Shown: piece by piece, positions 13,901-26,100 of the stretch | How positions within the stretch are numbered: the stretch's first letter is position 1 | Layout of the letters: every line of letters begins with the position of its first letter | Assembly: GCA_965178125.1 (NCBI GenBank) | Contig: OZ237746.1 | Coordinates: 806,001-870,000 of the forward strand | DNA length: 64,000 nucleotides | Origin: Bilabrum cf. latius | Taxonomy: Eukaryota | Direction: 5' to 3' | Made by a program: the position numbers and the translations under genes | The notes under the pieces: model-generated | The model's input: only the letters and a program-made list of their open reading frames with translations | Database searches by the model: none | Told to the model about the DNA's origin: nothing

Positions 13901-16900
13901 AAATGCGGGGGTGATGGAGGCCGTGGGGGCCGCGGCCACACGAGGGGAGGCATGCTCCCGGCTGTCCCACGCCGATTTCACGCGGTGCACGGGGGTCGTG
14001 GACCTGGGTGTGGCGGCGCTGACCCGGGGGTGCCTGGGCCTAGAACGGCTCATCCTGGACGGCTGCACCCGGCTCACCGACCTCAGCATGTTTTCAGTCG
14101 CGGAGCGGGAGTTCAAGCCCGGCTTGCTGGAGCTCCGGATCGCTGGGATCCCAGCGGTGACGGACACTGGCGTGAGCTGGGTGGCGATGCGGTGCTCCAG
14201 GCTCCTGTGGCTGCAGCTGAAGGGATGCTCCGTGTCCTTGGCGGGTTTAAAGGCCATGTCGGCGGGGTTCCGGGACACGAGGATCCGCAGCGACGACCGC
14301 TGGTTCGGAGTGGTGCCCACGGAGACGGCCCTGAGGAAGAGGAGGATCGAGGAGTACGGGGTGGGCTGGATGGCGGCTCTGCGATTGCAGTCAATCGCGA
14401 GGGGGAGGAAGGCGCGGGCGGTGGTCAGGAGCATCCGCAGGAAGCATGCGGGGCGAAGGGCCGTGGTGCAGCTGCAGACCAAATGGAGGACCGTCATGGC
14501 CAGGAGGCGGGTGGACCAAATGAGGAGGGAGCGAGACACTCGTCACACCGCCAGCGTGCTGGTGCAGAGCTTCTGGAGGCGGTGCATGGCCCGCACTGAG
14601 CTGGCACGGCGCCGGGCCCGCAGGGCGGAAGAGCGGAGGCACCTCGCCGCCGCTCGGATCCAGGCCCTCTGGAGGGGCGTGCTGGCCCGCAGGCAGCTTG
14701 ACAGGGAACAAGAGGAGGCCAGGCGCGACCGCATTGCCCGGCACCGTGCGGCACGCATCGTGCAGAGGGTATGGAGGGGGGTGCTGGGCCGTAGGCAGTT
14801 TGCCCTGCACGCGGCGCGGGTCCGATCCTGGATGGCGCAGCAGGACCGCGCGGCGCGGGAGATGCAGCGCATTGCAAGGGGGCACGCACAGCGCCGCCGC
14901 GTCCGCCGCATGAAGAAGAAGAGCGTGGAGCAAGCCGCCGTCCTGGTGCGCGCCGCGACTCGGATCCAGACGGCGTACAGGGGGCGCCTGGCCAGGCGGA
15001 TCCGGGAGCGGCTGGGGCTTCAGGCCGAGCTTGAGCATGACGCCGCCACGTGCATTTAGGCCAGCTGGCGAGCCAAGCAGGGGCGGCTGGCCTCACACAT
15101 GATCAGGGTGGCTCGGCGGGGCCAGGCGGAGGAAGGGGCGGCTCTGCTCGTGCAGAAGGCGTGGAGGGGGAGGCAGGGGCGGTTCGCTGCTTTTTTGCTG
15201 TCTAGGGCCAGGGCAGAGAAGGAGAAGGAAACGGAGAAGGCGGCTCTGTTCGTGCAGCGGGTGTGGAGGGGGCACCGGGGCCGCAAGGCAGTTGCCGCGA
15301 GGCGGGTGGAGATGATGCGGGCGATGCTCAAGCAGAGGAACGTGTTCATGTGGGCGGCGTCCACGATCCAGAGGGTGTGGAGGGGGGTGCTGGCACGGCG
15401 GAGGGCAGGGGCGCTTCGGGAGGAGAGGGCGAAGAGGTGGGTGCGGCTGCCCATGGACGAGATTGACGATGAAGGTGAGGATGAGGACGAGATTGGTGGT
15501 CAAAGTGGGGAATAGGGTGGGCAAAGCGGCGAGCGCAGCCGGGAGGTGTGGTTCGACAGGAACAGCGGGGAGGTGCGCCGCCGGGCCCCGCAGGAAGTGC
15601 TGGACCTGCTGCCCAAGCCCCAGTGCGACAACTGCGAGAACAGGACGGCGTGGTTCGAGTGCCGGCAGTGCCGGGAGTACTATTGTGACGAGTGTTTCCC
15701 CGCAGTGCACTCCGGCGGCAAGCGCGCGAAGCACGCATTCCGTCCCCTGTTCGACTACTACGGCAGGCGGGTGGACTATGGCGACGGGGACTGGCCGGGT
15801 GCCTGGCCCTCGGAGATTGAGCAAGACGAGGAGAGGGGGTGGCACGCGCGGGTTGCAACTGCTCTGGAGGACGCGCCCCCAGGGTGGGGGGGCGGGGGCG
15901 GGGGCGGGGGTGTGGGGGGTGTTCCCCCGGGGCCCGAAGACCCCCTCTCGGCGTCCATGGGGTCATCTATGTTCGCGGAATCCACCGGTGGAGCAGCAGA
16001 GGTGCGCAGCACCCCCGTCGGGATGGAACACCAGGTGCAGGGGCAGGGGCAAGACACGTGGGGTGCTCCCGGCATGCAGCTGCAGGACACTTGGGGCCAC
16101 GGCAGCATCGCCTCCCAGGGCCACGGTCAAGGGGGGTATGACGAGGGCGATGGGCATGGGGGGTATGACGAGGGCCAGGGTCAAGTGGGGTATGACGAGG
16201 GCGATGGGCATGGGGGGGCGATGGCGATGGGCATGGGCATGGGCTTGGGCATGGGCTTGGCTGGCGGAGGGGCAGTGTCCCCCGGATCCACCGGTGGATG
16301 GGCGGACGTGACCGGGGGCAGCGCCGCAATGAGCCATGGACTCGGGAATGGCAAGGGCTAGGGGGACGCCTTTGGTGCGCAGGCCACGCAGGCCGCGGCT
16401 CTGGCGGGTCGGGACGACGGCCTCCACAGCGGGACAGCGCACGCCACTGTGGAGGAGAGGGAGGGCGGCAACGATGGGTACGAGAAGAGGCTGGATCCCA
16501 TGGGCGGAGACGTGGTGTACCTGGATACCAAGACCGGGGCGGCCACTCGGAAGAGGCCTGTGTTCTTCGCCACGCCCCGGCCTGACGAGGACGAGGACGA
16601 CGATCTTTTCCTCGGAGATGCGACCGGTGGCGCAGTCGGATCCACGCCCGCCGGTTTGGCCACCCCGAACCGACCCGCGGACGGCCTTTAGCCCCTGGAG
16701 CCAGGGGCGGGCGGCTGGCTCAAGTACCTCGATGACGCGTCCGGGGCCGTGTACTACTTTCACCCCCACACAGGTGCCACCCAGTGGGAGAGGCCAATCG
16801 AGTACTCCACGCCCCGCGATCACCGAGGCAGGGCGGGGGTCCCTGCGCCCAACCCGGCGTCGGCTGCGGCGACGGACGGGATGGGCTGGGGGGGAAATGG

Positions 16901-17270
16901 CCCGGGCGGTGCATCCGCTGCTGTGTCCGGGCACGGTCAGGGTCAGGGTCAGCAGCTGGCTGCGCCTGGCACGGGAGAGTGGAGCAAGTTCGTGGACGAC
17001 TCCTCGGGAGCTGCCTACTACTTCAACGGGAGCTCTGGGGAGACGACCTGGGACCGCCCGGTCGGTTTCGTGACGCCTAGGCTTAGGCATGCTGGTGCGG
17101 ACCACGGAGGTGGTGGTGACGGTGGGAGTGATCAAGGGCACTAGCAGCAACAGTCGCAGCCGGAATGGAGCAAGTTCGTAGACGAGAGCAGTGGCGCCGA
17201 GTACTACGTGCACCTGGTCACGGGCGAGAGCAGATGGGAGAGGCCGGTGGGCTTCGTGACACCGAGGTGA
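10977..17270 (+). CDS. Multidomain protein (~2097 aa): FBXL-type Cys-containing LRRs, many IQ motifs, B-box-like Zn finger, WW domains
   Basis: Seven ORF-track segments plus a short C-terminal piece lie in one frame, joined by 7 TAGs and ending at TGA 17268-17270. Motifs: LDVSGCxxVTDxGL repeats, IQxxWRGxxxR repeats, CDNC...CRQC...YCDECFPAVH...H, and WxKFVDxxSGxxYYxxxxTGExxWERP. Confidence 0.85.
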
Positions 17271-17678
17271 CGACATTTGTACCGTATGGTCTGGAACTAG
17301 ATACATCCGGATTCCTGATTTGGTAGATATGGGACTGCTTTTGTGTTTGTACAGGACCTTGTGATCTGTGCCGGATGACACCACCGGTGCACTGCACTGT
17401 ACGCGGCTGCCGGATGTGATCCATTTTTGTAGGCTATGATAATGAATACTCTGGTTCGTCTATCCAACAAGTCCACATACCCACAAGGGTATAATCTCCA
17501 GTGTCTTGCAATCTCGGCCGGATTGGCCTGGTTGTTCAGCGTCGATTTGCCGGCCGCAATTCTTCTTTTGTGGCGAGCACTTTTGGGGTGGGGTGAATTC
17601 TCTCCGATTTTCACCCCGGTACTGGAGTAACTGGACCAAATCAAACAAATTGCGCACCCTGACTATCTCATCAGTATC

Positions 17679-20600
17679 ATGGCATCAACTGGCCCTGGAG
17701 CTGATAGTATTGATATCAAAGAATCATCGTCTTGTGCAGACTCGGCAGGCCCCGCCCCCAGTCTGTCAGCACGCTTGCTCGAGATCTACCTCAAGACGAA
17801 GTCGGGCACAGCTGCATAGCGACATCAGTTGGCCCAAAGCATCCTGGACAGATGCACCAAGACTGTCAAGGGTCCATGCATACTTCGACACAGCGGACTC
17901 GGGACTGTCTTCCGGGTTGCTCTTCCAGCAAACAGCGAAGATGCTGCTGCTGCTGGCGAAGAAGCCCCGCCTGAGTCTGACCATTTCTTAGTCAAGGCAG
18001 CCTTCCACTGGGGACAGCCCACATGCAAATCAGAAACCATCACCATGCAGAAAGAGATCGATGTGCTCGGTGGATTGCCAGAGCACCGCAACCTGCCCCG
18101 CATGCTGTTCGAATACGTGTGCGAGCCTCCCGTGTGGATGGTGGAGCTGCTGCCTGATCCTAGATCGGCGTGCGATGATGGCGGCGATGCTAGCCCGCTA
18201 CCAAAGGACTCATCGACCGCTGGTGCCGCACCCATGCAGCCCCGCAAGATCCAGATGGTGGGCATGGAGCTGCTCGAGAGAACGCTGCGTGACCACCTGC
18301 AGATCGAGGAGGGGGATGAGCCGGGGTCCATGCCTGACGATGTGCTGGTGCATCTGTCCAGGGATATCGCGGAGGGCGTGCATCACCTGCTGCAGCATGG
18401 GGTGGTGCACCGTGACCTGAAGCTGGACAACGTGATGTGGGACTCGAAGGGGGGTCCGGAGGGGGTGGGGCGGGCGGTGCTGATCGACCTGGGGTGCTCG
18501 TTGCGTGTGCCGGTAGATGGAGCCGGGGCATCATCTGGGATTGCAGGACCCAGTGATACAGGTGCTGCGTCTTCTGCCAGCTCTGGTGCCGGCATTGATG
18601 ATGCTAGTGCTGGGGCTGGGGCTGGGGCTAGTGCTGGGGCTGGGGCTAGTGCTGGGGCTGGGGCTAGTGCTGGGGCTGGGGCTGTAGCAGCTGTGGAGGA
18701 GGCTCTGGATCGAGTCACGTACGGGCAGCTGAAGGATGGTGGAGACAGGCTGGGCGGCAATCAGTCCCACATGGCCCCTGAGGTGCTGGACGGCTGGCAC
18801 AGGGGTGACATGGGCGACATGGACGCTCGTGTACCCTTCGGCAAGCAGGCCTCATGGGGTCTGGGCGTGCTGCTGCACGAACTGGCCACGGGAGGGCAGC
18901 ACCCGTTCGGGGACTCGTATCCTGCTGAGCTGCAGGACGGGATCAAGCCTATCTCCGGGAAGCTGGGAGCTGCATTGCACGCATGCAAAGCTCCAATGGC
19001 GGGTCACGATGTACTGGTGGGGCGTCCTGGGTGGTATGCGGACATGGTGCGTGGCTTGCTGTGCATGGATCCCGGGGACGGGATGGGCGTGCATGAGGCG
19101 GTGCGGGTGCTGCGATCGGTCGGGGCATGCGGTGCACCGGTACCATCTGCAGCTGATATCAAGGCCTGGCTGCCTGCTTTGCTCGCTGGTGGGGCCGAGT
19201 GCGACTCAGCGGTGGCCAAGGTGAGGGAGGTCGTGGATGGGCTGGTGGCGAGGGGGGACTGGGATGGGGTGTATTGGGTGCTGTGGCAGCTGCGAGTGGA
19301 GTCGGGTGTAAAACATCCCAAGGAGTTCCAAGAATTGCCCCGGCTGCTGCTCGATGAAGTACGTGCTGCTGTCAGGGACCATGTGCTGACTGACGAAGGC
19401 GAGCTGAAGAGAATCGTGAGGGGGCTAGGATCGGATGGGGATATGAGTCCATCTATGGCCGCATTCCTGGTCTGGTAGATGTGCTTTAAAAATACAAAAG
19501 CACAGACTGGTTTTGTGGCTGCGGGTGCATTGGGCACGCTGGTACGTTTGCTTGGATCCGACAAGGGCAAGCAGGCGGAGCTTGCCGCTAGAGCGCTATT
19601 CAATGTCGCTTCTAGATTGGATGGCTTAAGGTAGGCCGTGGTGGATGCCGGCGCATTGGGAGGTCTGGTTGCGCTGCTCGAATCCAGCAAGGGCGATGAG
19701 GCGGAATGCGCAGCTGCGGCTCTGATGAATATTGCTGCTGGATCGAATGAGCGGGCGGTGGCCGTGGTAGATGCAGGTGCATTGGGGGGCTTTGTTGCTC
19801 TGCTCGGATCGGACAAGTGCCAGGCGGCGGCAATTGCAGCTGGAGCTATCAGGCATATCACCGCTAGATCAGATGACCTCAAGCGGGCCTTGGTGGATGC
19901 TGGTACGTTGGCAGGTCTGGTCGCTCTGCTTGCATCTGACAAGGGCAATGTGGCGGAATGTGCAGCCGCGGTGCTTTGCAACATTGCTGCTGGATCGAAT
20001 GAGCGTGCGGCAGCCGTGGCAGATGCAGGTGCCTTGGGTGGTTTAGTTGCGATGCTCGGATCCGAGAAGGGGGAGGAGGCGGAATAGGCAGCTTGGGCTC
20101 TTGGAAGCATTGCTGATGGATCCGTTGACCTGACGCAAGCCGTGGTGGACGCCGGCGCATTGGGAGGTCTGGTTGCGATGCTCAGATCGGAGAAGGGGGA
20201 GGAGGCGAAATAGGCAGCCAGATCTCTTGTAAGTATTCTTATATCTGGAACTGATGACCATCGACAGGCCGCGGTCGATGCCGGCGCATTAGGAGGTCTG
20301 GTTGCTCTGTTCGGATCGGACGAGGGCGAAGAGGCGGCATGGGCATCTTTGGCTCTATCGGATATCGCTGGTGGCTCGAATGACCTGAAGAGGGCTGTGG
20401 TGGACGCTGGCGCGCTGCTAGGCTTTGTTGCACTGCTTGGATCAGGCAATGATAGGAAAGTAGTGAATGCGGCCTGGGCCTTGGGTGGTATAGCAGCTGG
20501 ACCGGAGGACCTCAAGCGGGCTGTGGTGGATGCCGGCGCATTGGGAGGTCTGGTGCCCCTGCTTGGATCGGAAAATGGGAAGGAGGCGGAATGCGCAACT

Positions 20601-22265
20601 TTGGCTCTAAAGAATATCGCTGCTGGCTCGAATGACCTGAAGAGGGCTGTGGTGGACGCTGGCGCGCTGCTAGGTTTTGTTGCGCTGCTTGGATCAGGCA
20701 ATGATAGGAAAGCAATGTTTGCAGCTTGGGCCCTGGATGATATAGCAGCTGGACCGGAGGACCTCAAGCGGGCTGTGGTGGATGCCGGCGCATTGGGTGG
20801 ACTGGTGTTCCTGCTTGGATCTAGCATAGATGAGGCCACTTCTGCGACTGATGTGCTGTTTAAGATCACGCGGGGATCGGATGCTTTGAAGCAGGCTGCG
20901 GTGGATGCAGGTGCTTTGGATGGGCTGATAGCCATGCTTGGATCCGACGATAGCGACAATGTCGAAAGCAGCGCTCTGGTGATTCGCAACATTGCACTTG
21001 GATCTGTGATGCAAAAGGAGGCAGTCGTGCACGCAGGTGCGTTGGGGGGCCTGGTTGCACTGCTAGGATCCGACAATGGCAGAGAGGCTGGGTTGGCTGC
21101 TGAGGCACTAGGTTGTATCGCAGATGGATCGGATGCTTTGAAGCAAGCCGTGGTGGATGCCGGCGCGTTGGGAGGACTGGTGGCTCTGCTGGAGTCCAAC
21201 AAGGGTGAGGAGGCGGAACGGGCTGCTAACACCTTAAGAATTGTGTCACTTGGAGAAGGAGAGCAGAGTCAGGCCGTGGTGGATGCTGGTGCGTTGGGTG
21301 GACTGGTGGCTCTGCTTGGCTCGGACAAGGGCAGGAAGGCGGAGTTGGCCACTGTGGCACTTTGTAGTATCTCAGATGGATCGGATGCTTTGAAGCAGGC
21401 CGTGGTGGATGCTGGCGCTTTGGGAGGACTGGTGGCTCTGCTTGGATCCGACAAAGGCATTGGGGCTTCAATCACCCTGGGCAGTATTGCCAAAGGACCG
21501 GATGGATTGAAACAGGCCGTGATTGATGCTGGTGCACTGCATGGGCTGGTGGCTCTGCTTGAGTCCGACAAGGGTATTGGGGCGGAATTGGCTGCTAATA
21601 CTCTACTAATTGTGTCACTTGGGGAAGAAGAGCGGAGTCAGGCCGTGGTGGATGCTGGTGCGTTGGGTGGTCTGGTGGCTCTGCTTGGCTCGGACAAGGG
21701 CAAGGAGGCGGAGTTGGCCACTGTAGCACTCGGTGGTATCTCAGATGGATCGGATGCTTTGAAGCAGGCCGTGGTGGATGCTGGCGCTTTGGGAGGACTG
21801 GTGGCTCTGCTTGGGTCCGACAAGGGTGAGGAGGCGGAACGGGCTGCTGCGGCACTCGTTAGTATTGCTGCTGGACCGGATGCTTTGAAGCAGGCTGTGG
21901 TGCAAGCTGGCGCTTTGAAGGGGCTGGTGTCGCTACTTGGATCAAGCAGCAGCGAGGAGGCTGGATATGCTGCCAAGGCACTTGCAATAATCACATATGG
22001 TCCTGACGCTTTGAAGCGGGCCGTGGTGGATGCAGATGCGCTGGGCGGGCTGGTAGAATTGATCCGATGGGACAAAGGCTTTGAAGCCGTGCAAGCTGCC
22101 ATTGCCCTGTAGGGAATCTGGAGAGGGTCGAATGATTTGAAAGAGGCTGTGATCGCCGCTGGTGCAATACCGAGGCTCACTCAAATGAGAGACCAGGGTG
22201 ATGGAGAAGTGGCTCATACAGCACGAAGGGCTCTGGAGGAAATCGACCCGGATGGATGTGACTGA
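17679..22265 (+). CDS. Protein kinase (PINK1-like motifs) fused to ~20-22 armadillo repeats (~1528 aa)
   Basis: Kinase motifs FLVK, HRDLKLDN, LIDLG, GGNQSHMAPEV and WGLGVLLHELATGGQHPF, then ~41-42-aa repeats (LKQAVVDAGALGGLVALLGSDKG). One frame with 6 TAGs; TGA at 22263-22265. Confidence 0.85.
18603..18685 (+). repeat. 18-bp coding repeat (SAGAGA)n inserted in the kinase activation segment
   Basis: Repeated gctagtgctggggctggg between DLG and APE. Confidence 0.8.
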
Positions 22266-23156
22266 TTGAATGAATCCAGTGGATAATAAAGAATCTGGGA
22301 AGCGCTGCTCCTGAGCGCCCGAATAGCACGCGGCTCGATTGCCGCACTTGTTTCTCATCCGCATGTGGTCTGATGCCCCCCCCGCTCCCTGATCCGAGTC
22401 AAACTTGTGCGGCATGTGCTGAACAACACTCGTTGCAGCACATGCCACACAAGTTCTGACACAACACATCCGGATCCGATCTTTGTTATATGTACTCGGA
22501 CATCAGGATTGAAGCAACGGGGAGCAGAGGTGAGACGGAAGACGAGGCGGGAGGACAGGAGGTGGAGAAGAAGAGGGGGACACCGGCACAGGCGACGACA
22601 GTGCGGTGTCAACAGGGAGAACACAACGGGAGGAATGGGGGCTCCAGGTGCAAGGCACGAGGGAGACGCGGGTGGCAGCGGACTGCATGGCCAGCAGCAC
22701 GCAGAAGGCCAACAGGTGGGTGGACAGATGGGGCGCACGGCAGGTCGGCCAGGACCGGCGCGTGCAAGCTGAAAGGATAGGGCCAAGGTGGCGATGCTGG
22801 GAGCAAAGCACACGGTCCCTAGGGCGGGGAACAGGAACAGGAAGCCATGTGGCGACGAGGCCAGTCGGGTGCATGGGGAAAGTGGTGTGTACATTCGTAG
22901 TGTCAGATGAATACCGCATTCAGGTGGACCGGTGAAGAACCAGTCGTTCGGGGTGAAGCCCAGTGAGTCCGCGGGACCGGGGGCAGGAATTTTTGCCAAC
23001 CAGTGGGGTTTGCAGCAGCCGTGAAGATGAGCCAATGGGTGTGGTTGAAGGAACAAATCTGATCTGTAGTCTAGGTTCAATATTCGAATGTTTACCGCAC
23101 CTCATCTTACCAATCTGTTGGGTAATTGCCATCCCTGCTGCACACAGAGCTGCTAG

Positions 23157-26100
23157 TCACCCCTGAGGCCTCTGCGCTATCACGACCGCGTTTCCCAGCG
23201 GCATCCCGGCCTTGTGCACTCGCACGCTGCCCCCTCTCTTGCCTCTGAACCCGCCCCTTGTCGTCAGGAGGGCAACCACAGCGAGGAGACGAGACGGGCG
23301 AGCGACCAGAGGCAGGGCACCCATGCCTCCAGTGCTGCGAATACTCCTCCCTCCTCGAAGCCCCCGACTATCCAGAGAATCGTGCACCTCCACGACCACC
23401 TGAAGCACCCTCGGCCAAAGGGCCGCTGGCACAGACCGCAGCACGCCCAGCTCACCGCCCTCTACATCCACCTTGAGCGCCCATATCCAGGGCAGGCCGC
23501 GCCCTTCAGGGCAGTGCAACCTGCTGGAAGCGAGGCCCAGCAGCTCGCCCACGCCGATCCGAGGCACGTCCACGTCGACGAACAGCCGCTTGGCTTGTTC
23601 CCTGGCTCCACGCGATAGACCAGCGGCCCCGGGAGCCTCCACGCATGCGTTCATTTCATTACCGCTGTCACGCTTGGGACCTGCCGCTGTGGGCGAGCGC
23701 TTGCTCGATGCCGCTGAGGAGGTAGCACCAGCTGATGCATCGGACTGCAGCTCAAATGACAGGGCAGGGGCGAGCAGCGGACATCGCAGCCGCATCGTGG
23801 CGGGAGCAGATTGGCTGGAGCTATCGACAGCACCGATTGCTGCCTCTGCCACGACTGCGTCAACTGAGCTCAGCTGCCCACCTCCCTCGATCTGCACCAA
23901 GCCGCTCGCGATCGTTTCAGTGGGCAAATTGGTGCACCCACTGCCCCTGAAGGTATCCTTCTTCCCCTGTTTCCCTTGGTTCCCGTAGCTCTGACTACTT
24001 GCGTGTACTACGCGACTTTCACTCTCATCGATCCCGAGGTTGGCTCGCAGAGCTGCTGCCACGATCGGGTTTGGCTCTGCCGCCACCAGGCACACACGGC
24101 AACAATGACTGCCACCATGGCTCGCTTTGCCCGTGATCGGAGTGGCGGAGGGACACCGGCCCTAGTGCATGCGCTGCAATGCAATGCGGGAGAACAGACC
24201 GACGTGGGCGCCAATGTCCAGCACCAGCACACGACCACCCGCGGGTGGATGTGCCATCCGAGCGCCGGCAGGTGAGCCCTGTGCAGGATTCGGTGTCTCC
24301 TGGCGATCCGATGGTGCAAAAGCACTCGCTGTAGCAATGCCAGACGGCACGATGTGCTCGGATTCGGCCTGGGACGTTGATGCATCCGTGGCGGGTTCTC
24401 GCTCCGCTGGTGCGATCGACCGCACGTATCGCGCAAACACCGATTCTTCCAGATCAATAAGCAGCTCACCACCAATCGATCCCTCTCCACCTCCTCGCAA
24501 TACCTCACCAGCTGCTGCTACACGAGGATGCAAGTCGCTAAAGGAGCTGCTCCTGGCATTGCTCCCGGCATTGCTCCCGGCATTGCTCCCAGAGCTGCTG
24601 CTGGAGCTGGAGCTGCTCCCGGCATTGCTCCCGGAGCTGGAGCTGGAGCTGGAGCTGCTCCCGGCATTGCTCCCGGAGCTGGAGGTGGAGCTGGAGCTGC
24701 TCCCGGCATTGCTCCCGGAGCTGGAGGTGGAGGTTGTGCTAGGCATGAACCCAGGGCCGGTGCTTGTACCAGGACCGGACCGTGAGAAGCCCGGCCACTG
24801 CAGCAAGCTGGCGATTGGAGGCGGCGCGGCAATGACTCCAATAGGGACGCTGGCAGTGGCAGTCCCACCCAGACCATCGCTCGCTATTCCCTGGACCAGA
24901 CCGTGCTCTTGCAGCAGGAAGTCAGTCTCTGCGACGGAGCACGCTGGGAATCGCATGGAAACTCTAGCTGGCGGTTGTGCTAGAGGGGCTTGTGCTGGTG
25001 CCGCAAGACCTCCAGCGGACTGCTGCTTATAAGTGCCTAGGGGGCTGCCCGCCGCCCTGGTAGGCGGTGCAACCACGCCACCAGGCGATAACGCTGAGCC
25101 ACCGTCTTTGCCCCTCCCCTTTCGTGCAGTTGCACCGTCACCGCCAGCCCAGAGACCATCCAGCGGCACCTGGCGCACGTCCCAGTCAAGCACTCCGAGG
25201 GGGATGCCCAGGCTCACCATGCGCTGTGCCGTGGCACTGGACGCAAGCTAGGTATGATCCACCGGTGGATTAATCCGATCCTCATGATCCTAGTCCCCGG
25301 CATCGCCGTTAGTAGATGCAGCGACCAATCCGCCACTGGGGGCAGGGCCTGAGGTCCCCTTGCACGGCGCCCCCGTGCTGCTGCCAATCGCACGGGGCTG
25401 TCCACGGCCACCGGCAGCAGATTCGCACTCGTCACGCAGCATCGCCTCCAGCCGGTCCGCTGCGATCTTCGGTCCACTGGTGGATTCTGCCTTTAGCTGT
25501 TCCGCCAGGGCCCGCGCCGGCCCTTGGCACATTGCCGCCGCCTGGCCAATCTCGCTGCACAGAGCTGCGACAGTGCTGGCCAGCGATGGATCGGTAGGTC
25601 GTTGCCTGGGTTGGCTGCCCTTCGATGGTTCCAGTCGCGCGCCTGGGCGGGACAAGGGATTGCTCATTACCATGGTTATATCTTTGTAGTCTTTCTCGGC
25701 TCCTGTCTCTTCTCTGCTCCGCTTGGACCCTGCTGGTGTTGCGTGATTAAACAGATTACCAACTGCCCCGCCTGTGACGCTGCCCACCCGTGCTGGCTGT
25801 GCTCCCGCTGCTGCCGAGTCCTCAAGGTGGTCAAACAGGCCGCTGCCGGTTGCAACCCCAACCCCGAGTCGCTCGCAGGTCGCGGCCCACCCGTGCTGGT
25901 CGTACATGCGCGGCGCCAGCACCTGCGGAACACCTGCCCCCATGCACGCAGCTACCGTCCCGCTGCCCCCGTGACTCAGCACGCAGGCCCAGGGAGCAGG
26001 GGACCGGGGCAAGCGTGAGCAGTCGGGTGCATCGCACTGCAGCGAACGAAGTCCCCACGAGCGCCCGGAGTCTGCCGAGAGTCCACCCCGCAACAGGGAG

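Noticed and set aside
22355-23132. Short ORFs between the kinase-ARM and GT1 gene ends
   Set aside because: No recognisable domain; probably convergent UTR or intergenic sequence.
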